Assembly: GCA_051362555.1 (NCBI GenBank)
Contig: CM120648.1
Coordinates: 13,946,587-14,010,586, forward strand
Direction: 5' to 3'
DNA length: 64,000 bases
DNA from: Lingula anatina
Taxonomy: Eukaryota; Animalia; Brachiopoda
Below, one piece after another: positions 1 to 12,494 of this stretch. Each line of letters starts with the position of its first letter. The first letter of the stretch is position 1. The notes under the pieces were generated by a model. It was not told where the DNA came from and searched no databases. It saw only the letters and a list, made by a program, of their open reading frames with translations. The position numbers were made by a program, and so were the translations under genes.

Positions 1-519
1 GCTGTTATGCCGACCTTTTGCCGACGTCGCGCCAACGTTATTATCGATAACCGGCGGTCAGCCACTATAATGCCGACCTTTTGCCGACGTCGCGCCAACG
101 TTGGGCCAATGTCGTTATGAGCTATTACTATCGGCGGTTAGCCGCTGTTATGCCAACGGTGCCACCTTCTTGCCAACTTCGCGCCAACGTAGTTAACCAT
201 CGTTTTACCACCGTTATGCAAATAATGCCGTTCTTTAATTAGCCAATGTTATTATGGACTCTCCATGGTCAGCCAGCTATGACTCAATTGGCGAACGTTG
301 GCAATAGGGTAGCAGCGGCGTTTCTTCGTAATAACCCTCTCACTGAAGTGAAAAAGTCCCGTTGGCCTAAAAGATAATAATAATAACAACGTGAATCATG
401 TTTTGTGAAGAAACATCTTTATAAATCTGAGTGAGTTAATAACGATAATTCAATTAGTTATTGAAAATAAATATTATTACTGATGCATCTCTAAAGATCT
501 ACTTTACAGATGTCATATA

Positions 520-985
520 TAATCCAAGCTTTCGGTCCCTAGGCCTTCTTCAGAGACATTAAAAAAATGGTGAAGAAAAACTCCTGGGGTATGTGGCGTC
601 GATGATGTGTTAAAGGCACGCGATGCTGCAAAAGCGTCCTAAACGCTAAACGTAACATATAAAAAATCAATATTCATTTAAGAAACTATTGTCCCTACTG
701 AGTCCATTATTCAGGGTGTTTAGTGTTCTAATACATTTCTGTACGACGATCCGTCTTTGCCTAGTGTCGTTTCCTTTTAAGACGGTGACGTGATGTCTTT
801 AGCTGAGTGTTGTGTTGTCCCACAGGCACGAAGAGGTTTTTGTTGTTTATAGGGCAGCGGTGGTGTCTAATTCTGTCTTTTAATTTCTGCCTCGTTTCCC
901 CGACGTACATTTGATGGCATTGTTAACATCATATCAAATAGATGACGCTCTGTGAGTCGCAAGATTTGCAGCATATCTTTGACTA
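520..985 (-). mobile_element. Degenerate Penelope-like element 3' fragment (GIY-YIG endonuclease plus pLTR)
   Basis: Minus strand reads SCDSQSVIYLI*C*QCHQMYVGETRQKLKDRIRHHR...PVGQH, then after frameshifts QKCIRTLNTLNNGLSRD, matching the PLE GIY-YIG pattern (VIY..C..C...YVGET ... L.T...GL). Confidence 0.75.
521..560 (-). ncRNA. Minimal hammerhead-ribozyme-like motif in the PLE pLTR
   Basis: Minus strand AATGTCT-CTGAAGA-AGGCCTAGGGACC-GAAA-GCTT-GGATT: CUGANGA core, short helix II, GAAA, palindromic AAGCUU helix III; helix I is weak. Confidence 0.5.
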
Positions 986-2995
986 CGACACTACGCTGGA
1001 AAGAAGTGACTGTGGCCTTAATTCCCACACGGGACGAAGAGGAATGATGATGATGACTAAGATTCATCTGAGGAACTCTGCTGCGGCGCCTGGGCTGCTT
1101 CTCTCTCTGTGAAGAGAATAGAAAAAAAATTTAAAAACTCACACTTAATCTAATAAAACATACAAAATTCACCGTTAATATCATATGTTATTTCACTGAT
1201 ATGCAAAATAAAAAACGGCTAAGAAGACAACTGAAACCAAGCTTAAGGAATCTAGCATGATACTGATCCACGTTTCTCTAACTATTATTTTTTCTATTTG
1301 CGATGTGAAATGTTCTAAACTTTATGAGGTCAGGGACAGACAGGTTAGTTTTGTACGCTCCATTCTGGCCGCAACGAATCAACAATCCATGTTTCTCTAT
1401 CGTATTATTGAACCGTTGGTTTCAGTTGTCTTCTAATGACTTATTTCCTAGTTCGCATCCAATCCACCCGCGCTTATTCGTAATGTTGCATATAAAAATG
1501 AAGTTGTTAATGTATACTTTGAAATGTAGACGAAATAATGTAATTATTTTCCAGGGAAGTGGTTACTCTGCTAAATATATTACCCTTCTTCTTCTCCAGC
1601 CTCCTCCTCCTACCCCCATCCCTGTCACTTACATGTATTTTAAGAAGAATAATGTACTAAATTCCAGAAGAGAGTCGCAGGCAAGAAGTAGGCTAAATTA
1701 ATTTCTTAGTTGTTTACTACTTAATCCATTGATAGTGATGATATAAGTTAAACTACTGCATCTTACCATGGCAATGACACACTGAAGCACTTTAACTATA
1801 TACACACATACCTTTCAAGTGTATTTTCTTGTGAGGATTGACTGCTCAACACAGGCGACAAATAGGTAGTAATGCATGATGGAAGACTATAAGAGAAATA
1901 TGAGATACATATTAAGTGTGGCTTTGTAATGTGCACAAAATGTCTTGTCTAATTATGAGCCTAAACCAAAAAAGAAACATTATTATATCATACCCTGTGG
2001 GTATTTGACTAAACATCTTGAAAAAAATTCAATTTAAACTTGCCCCCCCCCCCCCTTCCTAAAAGAACCACCTCTGGATATTTTAGGTTAGCCTACTGAG
2101 GTCCATTTTTGAACAGAAAACCTGTGAAAATCTGAGTGGACATTATACCCCTTAATGCTAAACTCAGTTTGGAATGTATGCCATAAGGTTTATCCATTGT
2201 TAAACCCATGCTGACATTATAAGTTTACATGTTAGTATCATGCAGCCTTGCTATATACCCCTATTATATAAGCATTTCAAATTCAACTAGAGAAAATATA
2301 AACAATATATACTCCTAAGTACAAAAAAAAGTACTAGAACGTTGCTCATTCACATTTATAAATTGTCTATACATGAAATGTGGTAATTGAAATGTCTTTC
2401 AAAGCATAAAAGAATTTGAGCGGGAAAATCTTTTTGGCCGCCGGAAACCCAACGTCGCCCCGACGTTGGTTCAAAGGTGGCATGCAGCGCGCCAACTGCC
2501 TGCAGCTACGACTAACAAATTATTGACAGATTTGCTTGTTTTCGTTAATTCATCTACAACAAATAAATCTCCACCTATAGTACGAAAAACATAAACACTT
2601 TAAAGTAAATACTTACCTAACAATTTGGTGCAAAATACGGAAAATATGAAATAACCGTCAAGTGCACTTGCAACGATCTATGGCCGCTTAGTGTGGGTGA
2701 CCTCGATTTGAAATTGGCCGCTTAGTGCAAATCGAGCACAGCTGGTGAGCCACCGTTATACCGACGTCGGGCCGACGGCGTGAAGCAGTCGTCGGCCCGA
2801 CGTCGGGTCACCAGTAGTGGCCCGACGCACAGCTGATGAGCCACCGTTATACCGACGTCGGGCCGACGGCGTGAAGCAGTCGTCGGCCCGACGTCGGGTC
2901 ACTGGTAGTGGCCCGACGTCGGCCCGACAACGACTGCCGACCGCGACCGTGCCGACCAATGCCGACGTCGGCCCGACCGCTCATTGCTATCTGGG

Positions 2996-3075
2996 AACCT
3001 CCGGACCAATGAACCCTTGATTAAAAAAACATGAGCAATTGAACCTTCGGACTATCAATCAAGACCCCCCCCCCC
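2996..3075. mobile_element. Right arm of a MULE-like MITE (same family as 49690-52291)
   Basis: GGACCAATGAACCC..GATTAAAAAA...GAACC..CGGACTATC...CCCC resembles 52208-52291. Confidence 0.6.
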
Positions 3076-3856
3076 ATTTACATGGGAACCTATCAGTACT
3101 AGTTTTTTCCAAATCCATGACTGTCACATGTACTGAACAACATGTGTTGGACATTTGGACAATGAATGCACTTCATCTGTGAAGTAAATTGAAACTATAT
3201 ACAAAAGCAATGAAATTTTCCATATGGTTTTATTGAAATAATTGAATCCAAATTAACATTGTATACATGGGCACCTATCATTTCTTAAATATGGAAGCAT
3301 TGTCAACTGTGTATGTTTAGACATTAAGAAAAACCTAGCATGCAGAAATATCATAAGGACATACCCTTGAGGTGGTGTATTTCGTGAATTTCGTGGTATT
3401 TTGGTGTTTATAATTTAGTGACACGTACCATAACTTCACAAGACGATCTAGCTACGAACGTTAATTCAGAGGCCATGTAGTGACGTTTAGCCTTTTTAGT
3501 GTGCAGTAGTTTTTTTCTCCAGTATCTCAGAGTCCCAAGATACAAGGCTGGGGCCCCCAACTAACAATAACACGTACTGCATGTACACTGTATGCCCCAC
3601 GTAGATATCTACTCCCAGTAGGCTGGTCGCCGAGGTCGGTCATCGTTTCATTGCAATATCAGCTGAAAAACAACAATTTTCCCAGTGCACCATTATAAAA
3701 AACAAAAGAATACTTACCCTAGTTTCAAACCGCGAGAGATGCGGCACAATATATCCGCGATTATACTGTGTTTGGATATATATCTATTCCGCCCTGAGCT
3801 AAATTCACCCCCAAGTATTGAAATAGGGTCACGTGTACTTCTATTCGTAAACAAAC

Positions 3857-6800
3857 ATGGCGGGCTCACGCAGAGGTACGAAGGGGGAAAGACATCTTTC
3901 TTGTGATATGCACACAGTAGAAGGTTGCAGAGAGACAGTAGACATAATCACACGTGTTCGCTGGGAAACTTTTAGGAACGCAGCTAAAGAATGGCTGAGA
4001 CTTGGTGGCAGAGAAGCTGCTGCAATTCAATCAATTCGTGGAGATTTGGACAAGGAATTCGACGATTTGGAGCCCAAACCACGATGCCACTTCTCTTGTT
4101 ACAGAAATATTACGAATAAAAAGAAATTGTCTCAGGCTACAAAAAGGGATGAGAAAGCTAAAAGAGAAGGCAAACATGCTGAAGAAGGTAAGATATCATA
4201 TTCCATTATATTTTCAACTGAGCCCAGCTGATCTCCCATTTTTCTTATGAGATGGGCACTCTATAAGCATTTTAAAATCAGTTTAAAACAGTTTAAAATA
4301 AAAGCCCTCACGCTTGTCATGCCTATTACCAGAATCAATGTTATTATACACAATATACATTATTCCTGGGGGAAAATCCCAGTTTGCAAGACATAGAATA
4401 TTGTTAAAAGTGAAGGCATGAATTAAAGCAAATTCTTTCACAGTCAATTCTACTTAAAACCCTGCTTTCTGGTGACTGGAAAATTGCATCATAATTTAAC
4501 CTTTTTTGCAGTGAATTAACTTTTGTTTTTGATTCATGTAATTCAGGGCTTGATTCCTTGGTGATTCCAGTTGATTTTGGTGAGTACTCTTGACCCCAGT
4601 ACTAGTTATATGTTTATGACAGTAGCTAGGAGAGATTCTTGTTGATATTGGTTAAATTTTTTTGACTGCATTCAGATTCAGACATATCATATACCAGCTG
4701 GGTTGATCCAACTATCACAAAGGAGATTCCTCAAGTATCTTCGGGGGCACAGAGTTGGACCAACCCAACTAGTATGAAAATGATGGATAAATCTGAATGC
4801 GGTCCAGTTAACGTTTATGATCGAGGCCTGCCCCTCTGTATATCCCATCAGTGAACAATCTAAATAGTGGAGTTCAAAAGACTTGGGTTTAACAAATGAT
4901 TTTGTCCTGGGAAGATGGGCAGATGGAAGAGGATAATATATGCTTTTGCTGTTTTTTTTTATTGTTCAAATCTTTTATGTTGACTGTCCATGTTATTTTG
5001 GGTTTTCCTTAGACATATACACACTGTATGCTACTTACAAAACAATAAGCTACAATGTAATGATTACATGATTACCACTTTTAGGAATTGTTTCTTGTAA
5101 CTACCCTTTAAAATATACTAGTTAGTAAGTAAATGGTATGTAATATGGTTGGTTACCATAGAAACCATCAGTCTGGGTAGATCACTCCAACTCTGCGTAG
5201 ACTCTTTCTTAGTGCGATGCTGAACTAAATGACACTCCATTTTGTTTTCAACATAATAGTAAAATCACCAGCTTCTCTTTATTCTGCTAATTTAAACTGA
5301 AATCCAGGAAGAGGCATTTCATTCAGTTCAGTTGACTGCACTCAGCAAGAGTCCCTGTAGAGTTAGATTGATCTATATAGGCTGCTGGTGTCTATGGGAA
5401 TGGGTCTTAATCATCAATTCTAAATAGATTTCATATTATAATTTAGAATACATATCCACTCATGCAGAGTCCAAAGCTAAAAAAGAAAATTGCACACAGG
5501 CAGGTGACCTTAATGTGACAGCGAGGCAATTCCTGGATGCTGAAAGCAGTTTAGCAGCAGCATTTGGTGGCCAATATAAAAGATGGACTGAATTGAGGAA
5601 CCAGTTGAAGATTGGGCATGAAGATCTGGCAAAACTTCTTCTTGACAGGTGACTATAGTTTCAATACAGTAGAGCGAGTGTCTTGACTATTTGTTAACAT
5701 TAAGTATAACTTAAATATTTAATATCATTTTTAATTATATTTAGGATAATAGATATAAAGTGAGAATAATGGTTATTATGATAATAATACTGATAGTACT
5801 AATGCATGATAATGATAACAAAAAATCATGGTATTCTGTATTGTGATAATGATATGGCAAATGCATGGCCATACTTACATGCACAACACAAGAAAAAGAT
5901 CGGGACATGAAAAGCTAGAAAAGGTCAGTTGCAGGAAAATTGGGGAATATTAAAGCAAAATATATGTCCAGGTGATTAATATCATTGATCCATTGATAAT
6001 AAATTATAATGATTTGTTTATGTTGGGGCATTCATTATATTGCAAAAAAAAAAAGAGTCATCAGTGTAGAGTGCCCACTTGGTGGACATGCACTTTTTAG
6101 CTTGATCGCTATTTGTATGAAATGGTGCAACTCTACAAAATACTATTAATAATGGTTGTAATAGCAGCATATGTGTGTGCTCCTGACCCTTGGTTTGTCC
6201 TCCCTCAGTTGGGGAAAATGGAAATGGGAAATGGAAATGGGAAAATGTCTTGGTTAAACTGATATATGGCTCTTATCATTCCAGCTACCATGTGTGTTCT
6301 TGCAGATGTGAAAGAGAAGATCTTGGTGTCAGAGAAGAGGATGAGTCACTTTTAGGTGATGTCACTGGTCAAGACATGGCTACCACCAGGGGGAAGCAGC
6401 AGTCAATCCAGAATAAAACAAAAGCACACAACCAGAATGTAAACATTGGTGTAGCTGATATTGCAGATAACAATTCTGATAATGAAGAATGTTTTGATGA
6501 GGATAAAGAGGACAACTGGCCAGTTCTCCATGCGGATGATGAGGATATAAAAAACAAACCGACGGGTACGAAAAGCATTTCTGCCAATGAGTTATGTGTG
6601 GAAAAGGATGATGAGAGAGAATCCAATGCTGGAAGGAGGACAAGTCTCCATGCAGATGTGAAGGGGGTATATATCTACATAAAAACCAAGAAGAATGAAA
6701 ATGATGATGAGGTATACAATCCTGGTGAAAATGTCCCATTCCAAGTTGTTTCAAAGGATTCATTAAGGGAAAGTAAAAAAAACATACATGATGGGATACT

Positions 6801-7512
6801 AAACATAGAGGATATTATTAAGAAGATGAAACAAAATAAGAAAGATAAAGTTAAAGATAAGAAAAAGACTCAGCATTTCTGTCAATTCTGTGGAATTGTC
6901 TACAAATCATACAAGTCATGTGTTAAACATGAACAAAAACATATCAATCAAAATGTGTTCACTCGATTGAAAAAAACACCAACAGAAAAGCGAGACTTCA
7001 TGTGTATGTATTGTGGTCATACATTTGCAACAAACTTGGCCTGTGAAGGGCACGAGAGAATTCATACAGGGGAAAGACCTTACAAATGTCAGTTCTGTGA
7101 TAAGTCATTTTACATGGCTAGGAGTAAAGTGAGACATGAAAACATTCACACAAATGAAAAGGTTTACTTGTGTTACTTTTGTGGCAAGATATTTAATTCC
7201 AGGTCAAGTAAAGCAGAACATGAGACTATTCACACTGGAGAAAAACCATATAAGTGTCAGTTCTGCCAGAAAGCATTCAGAAATAGATGTGATGTGAAAG
7301 TCCATGAGAGGATTCACACAGGAGTAAAACCATACAAGTGTCAGTTTTGTGAAAAATCATTTAAGCAAAAGAATAAGCGCAAAAGCCACGAGCGAGTTCA
7401 CACTGGAGAGAGACCATACAAGTGTCGGTACTGTGAAAAGGCCTTTTCACACAATGTCAACCGCAGACTGCATGAAAAAAAACACAGCTCACAGAACTTA
7501 CTCTTAGCGTAG
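3857..7512 (+). CDS. C2H2 zinc-finger protein 1 (transposase-like N-terminal Zn module + shared N-terminal module + 7 fingers), ~586 aa
   Basis: Phase-compatible exons 3857-4187, 5447-5648 and 6285-7512 (alternative in-frame acceptor at 6306); 7 C2H2 fingers, mostly with TGEKPY-type linkers. The last two exons are well supported; linkage of exon 1 is predicted from splice phase only. Confidence 0.8.
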
Positions 7513-7539
7513 TTCTGAGACTTAGTTATTTTTTACTAA

Positions 7540-7975
7540 CAGATCCATGTGTCTCTACATATAGCCATCACCTGCCTCTGTCAGCGTAGTTTTTTCCTGT
7601 TTTACATACGGGTAATAATAGAAAACATGGTGATAATAAAAACATCATCATCATATGACTAAATACAGTTTGAATTCAAAAACCAGCCTGATCAAATTAT
7701 TGTTAACTGCGGACAGCAGGAAAGAACGCACAATTCAAAAATTCATTCTAAAAGTGGGTCTGAGGCTAAGTTGGTTTTTTATGGATACATCAGTGTTGGT
7801 TAATGTGTAGCCATCACCTGCCTCTGGAGGCACTGTCCTCTCCCTGTTTACCTTTCATCATAAACTTGACCAAAAAAACAACAACATTTTTTATTATTTT
7901 CAAACTTTCAGAAATGATTCATGTGATAAAATGCAGCTTGAGTTAATAAACAGACTGATCAGATCATTATTCTTA
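7540..7975 (-). repeat. Degenerate Helentron-like (HINE) repeat fragments, tandemly duplicated, downstream of ZNF1
   Basis: TAGCCATCACCTGCCTCTG at ~7562 and ~7808 is the reverse complement of the near-terminal motif of the 42406-44860 elements. Confidence 0.5.
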
Positions 7976-9447
7976 AAGTTATGATGTTATTTTGTGAAAA
8001 TTTGATTTTTTTTACATATAGACAGTAAATGGAACTTCATTCTCAAGAGCTGTAAAAATTTTAGAGCTTTTATGAAAATATACCTTTTCAAACACCAGAA
8101 AAGAAGTTAAATCAAGTCAACTAAACAGTAAACACTGGCGGGCTTTGTCAATAATTTTGCCATTTGGTTTATTCAAAAAAATTGCACTATTGTGACATTT
8201 GACAGAGTTGCTTTGCATTTGTTACCTTTACATGTATATATCCTAGTATAAGTGTACCAAGTTGCAACTTGAGGTTTTTGTTGTGATTAAATACTCAGAG
8301 ATTGGTTTTTGTGAATTGTTTTCATTAAACTTTACAGTTACAGAGTTCCAGACAAACCCCATCATCCCTGATATGTCCTTCATTGCGATAGCTGTGCTAA
8401 GTGATTCTGCGCTTTTTAAAAAATACGAGTGCACTATCGGAGACGAGTTGATTCCCGTGTCATCACTGACAAGGCTACAGTTCAGTTCAGTTCAGTGTAT
8501 TCCTGAACTTCAGGAGGTAAGAAATAAATTATAAACACGTGATGTTTTAATTTCACAGGGAACATTGCTTAGCTTACGCTTTTTGCATAGTTATTCCCGA
8601 GGAAGACGTCCCAGAATGCAAGATCTGTAAAAAGACCAAAGTGAAGGGAAGCATTGCAAATTCTTTAATTCACAATCGATTCTACAAACCCCGCTTTCTG
8701 GTGATTGGAACATTGCGTCATAATTTTACCTTTTTGCAGTGGATGTGCTAACTGCTTGTCGCTTTATAAATATGTGCACTAAGTAGTATGTGATTCATGT
8801 GTAAAGAACGTATAACAATCAATCAGTTATGCAGAGTGCAATAACTGTTGCTGTCAGTTATTATGGCCAAGCTTCAGTATTAGTAATAATGTGTGATTTT
8901 GTCAATGAAAAAGGTGATCCAATTACAGCTTTGGGCCAAGCAACTCTTTGGTTTTCAATATCTTTTCTTTATTATTTATTGTTGTGACTGTTAGCAATGT
9001 CATTGCTTAAAAAACCTTGGCAATTCATTTATTTATATAGTTTTTTTTTAATGAAACATTATGCAATCCAAATATTTTGAGAGCAGAGGGTATTACTTGG
9101 GTGGAAATTTACTAAGATCTTATTCGTCAGAGCTTGAAGGTTTAACATAAAAAGATGAAATTAATTAAGTTAATTTCCAAATAATTTTATTTGAATAGAT
9201 GAGACATTGATCAAAGTCACCATATAAATAATGATTTTAATTATTTTTAAAAATAAGAGAATTACAGGATTGAAGGATACAGCAAAAGTACCCAATTCTG
9301 CAATAAAGACAAAGTAGGCAAGAGTATTTTGTTGCTTTACAGTGAACTTTGTGATCACCATTGGTGTAAAGTTATATAATGAATTTGGCACAAATATGCT
9401 GACATCATGGTCATGGTCAACAGACATGCTTGCAAGAGGAGGAATCA

Positions 9448-9526
9448 TTGTTTGTAACACTGTATTGGTTGTTTGTAACACTGTATTGGTTGTTTGTAAC
9501 ACTGTATTGGTTGTTTGTAACACTGC
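9448..9526. repeat. 21-bp tandem repeat (~3.5 copies)
   Basis: TTGTTTGTAACACTGTATTGG repeated in an intron of ZNF2. Confidence 0.9.
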
Positions 9527-9604
9527 TGTTATTTGCATTGAAGAATACTGCAATTAATTTTTTATTTTCTTTGTGAGACCAAACACTTGCATATCTAGTG
9601 TGGA

Positions 9605-12494
9605 ATGAGAGAGATGGACCAGTTTAAAGAAGATATCAGTAATTACAGTGAAGAAGAGGATGTCAAGCCAGTAGTGGACCCCATAGGTGTCCTAGAGGCC
9701 CAGGTAAGAGGCAGTCATGTAGGTGGAGTGCTCTGATCCAGCACTTCCTGGTGGTGTTTTCTAATCTTTTCACAGAGATAGCTCTTCGAATATATGTTTA
9801 GTTTTTGTTAATTCATTCATACCATTTCATTTAGCATTTTCATTTTGGTCATTCACTTATTTAGTCTTATAGTGTGATAAGCAAACTGTGAACTGTCATT
9901 TTATGTACTTAATAGTTATTGTTTGTACTCAAGAAATCTGCAACACTCTTAGTTAAATCACTTGCAATGTTGTATCGCAAATTTTATTAGTTTTATTAGT
10001 ACATGTGACCTACTAGTAAATCCCTCTCCAAGTGACCGTTCCCAGTACTGTTGTATAACTCTCTTATTTTGTTATCATGTAGCCCAATATTTAGAGACAA
10101 TGTCCTACAAACTAGTTTAATAATTGCACTTATTTTTTTCAAATTTGTTTTTCAAAATAGGTTGAAAAATGTTATGTTTTATTTCTCTGTTACATTTTCA
10201 TTTAAGGAAACCATCCCAAACAACATTTGCGAAAGACCTGTGAAGAAACCGAGAAGAGGGAGGGCCAGTGTATTTACCCTAGAGGAGCAGAAGGAGAAGA
10301 AGAAAATAGCAAACAAGGAAAGACACAGGAGGACAATATTTCTTGGCAAACAGGTGGAAAGATGGGAAGCTTTGAAAGAGGAACTGCAACCCAAATCAAA
10401 CGAACATCTGGCCAAACATCTCCTCGACACGTAAGAATTTTACACACCATCCCTGTAAGTTACAACTACTCATAATCCTTGTATTAATCAACCAGTTTAA
10501 ACATGTGCAAGTTTTTTTGTCTAATAATTCTAATAAATTTCATATTTATTAATGTCATATTATTACAAACAACATATTGAGGATGTTGACTGGTGCTGCC
10601 TGAATTGTTGCTTGTCATGTTTTAGATACCACAAATATGTAAAACTTGTGTCCCAACAAAATACAGAGGCTGATTGCGCAGATGATTTGCTCAAGTAAGA
10701 AATGATTTTGCAAAGATATTAGTTTTCTAACAAGGGGTTTCAATGTTTCTTTCAGATGCAAATTTCTTTTGTTTTAACTCTGTTTTGAAGTACATGCACC
10801 ATGTAAAACGTAAGGAAGTCATTAATTAGCTGGGGATATTGAACCAAAGTAAGATGTAATTTGTGAGATGGTAATGATATCTAGAATAATTTAGTGTTTG
10901 TTGTTTTTGTGTTTATAGTTCAAAACAGCCATCAAGGAGGAGAAAAAATGCATCACCCCGTAGACTGAATTCAGTTTCAAGTGTGCGCTCAGGAGGGGAG
11001 CAAGCCTCAGAACTTGACAACCCTAAAAGTCAAACCAAAGCAGAGGACAAATCATATGTATTTGGATCCAGTGATGAAAAACTCCCCATGGAAAACACTT
11101 CTGGAGCCTTTGTGAACCTTGGAGGAAAAACTGAAGGAAAAACAACAGAAATAAAAGGTGAAAAGGACAAAGAGGGGTTTAGCAGTTTAAATCAATGTCA
11201 GTCATTTGATGATGGTAAAGTTTCTGACTTGGAAGAATTTAACAATGATGACGCTGAGTTAGCTGATGATGATGATTCTGAGACATCAAGTGATGAAAGT
11301 GATAATGAACAAGATGATGATGATGATGATGATGTTTATGAACCTGGAGATGATGATTATGAACCAGGCACTTATAAATGTGAATTCTGTGGTAAACAAA
11401 TTCCCAGGTCATCCTTTGCACGTCATAAAAAAACTCACAAGAATGATGGAAATCTTCAGTGCAAGGTTTGTGGATGTGATTTCACTACTAAAGAAGAGTT
11501 GAAGAATCATGAACATAAGAAAGAATTGGCACATGTTTGTCAGTTTTGTGGGAAATTATTTAAGCAGTACTTCATGTGTGTGAAACATGAAGGGGAACAC
11601 AAACGAAGTGAAGTTGTAGAGAAAGAGGTAGAGAAACCCTTCACCTGTGAAACTTGTGGGAGGTGTTTCCAGCTCATCGGACATTTGCGACATCATCAGA
11701 GAAGTCACAGAGTTAAAGATTTATTCCAATGTCAGTATTGTATAAAAACGTATAAAAACAAGGATTGCTTGGTGGTGCATGAGAGGACGCACACTGGAGA
11801 GAATCCCTTTGTTTGCCAGCATTGTGGTAAGGGCTTTGCACAAAAAATTCGCTGTCAACAACATGAAAGGAGTCACACAGGAGAACGACCATATAAATGT
11901 CGATACTGTGAAAAGACATTTGCAACATTAAATGTTCGATATTTTCATGAAAAGACTCACAGTGGTGAAAAACCCCACCACTGCAAGATCTGCTTCAAGG
12001 GATTCACTCTTAAAAGACAATGTAGACGACATGAATTAATTCACACTGGAGAAAAACCTTTTAAGTGCGGTTATTGTGAGAAAACTTTTGTGCAAAAAGG
12101 TGCATGTGTCAGTCATGAGAGGGTTCACACAGGAGTTAAACCATACAAGTGTCGCTTCTGTGGCCAAGGCTTTTCACACAATGTGAGTCGTAAATCACAT
12201 GAAAAAACACATACTGCAGCTGGTCAGATGGCGACCAAGGAGAAAGCTGCCCAAAGAAAACCATGCACAGCAACAGGGCAGACTGTGTCTGCTGAGTCCA
12301 TGATGCAGGAAAATAATTGCACTCAAGTGGAAGAACTGCCATTGACTGAAGGAATGCCCCAGCAGCCTGGTCTGAGTGGACCTTCTGCTGGGCAGTTCAT
12401 GACACTGGACAGAATGACACCTGGAAATACGCAACCTTCATTTGGACAACCAGGGTCAGTTGAACGTACAATGTATCAATATTACGGAATGTAA
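9605..12494 (+). CDS. C2H2 zinc-finger protein 2 (shared N-terminal module + acidic tract + 10 fingers), ~655 aa
   Basis: Exons 9605-9703, 10207-10430, 10626-10694 and 10919-12494, all GT-AG and in phase; probable non-coding first exon ending at 8517 (GAG|GTAAGA). Confidence 0.88.

Larger units (their letters stand above)
1..2995. mobile_element. Non-autonomous CMC/EnSpm-like DNA transposon (left end outside window)
   Basis: Subterminal repeats built on the palindrome CCGACGTCG(G) at 1-330 and 2750-2980; ends ...TGCTATCTGGG at 2995 (reverse complement CCCAGATAGCA, a CMC-like terminus). No intact transposase. Superfamily is inferred. Confidence 0.6.

Noticed and set aside
1324-1701. 125-aa ORF
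   Set aside because: No recognisable domain, AT-rich composition, lies inside a transposon.
2750-2980. Palindromic repeats resembling a CRISPR array; ORFs 2756-2959 and 2817-3020
   Set aside because: The intervening sequences are themselves repeated, there are no cas genes, and the context is eukaryotic; these are transposon subterminal repeats and the ORFs are by-products.
9170-9557. ORFs with VLQTTNT / CNTVLVV repeats
   Set aside because: Generated by an intronic 21-bp tandem repeat.
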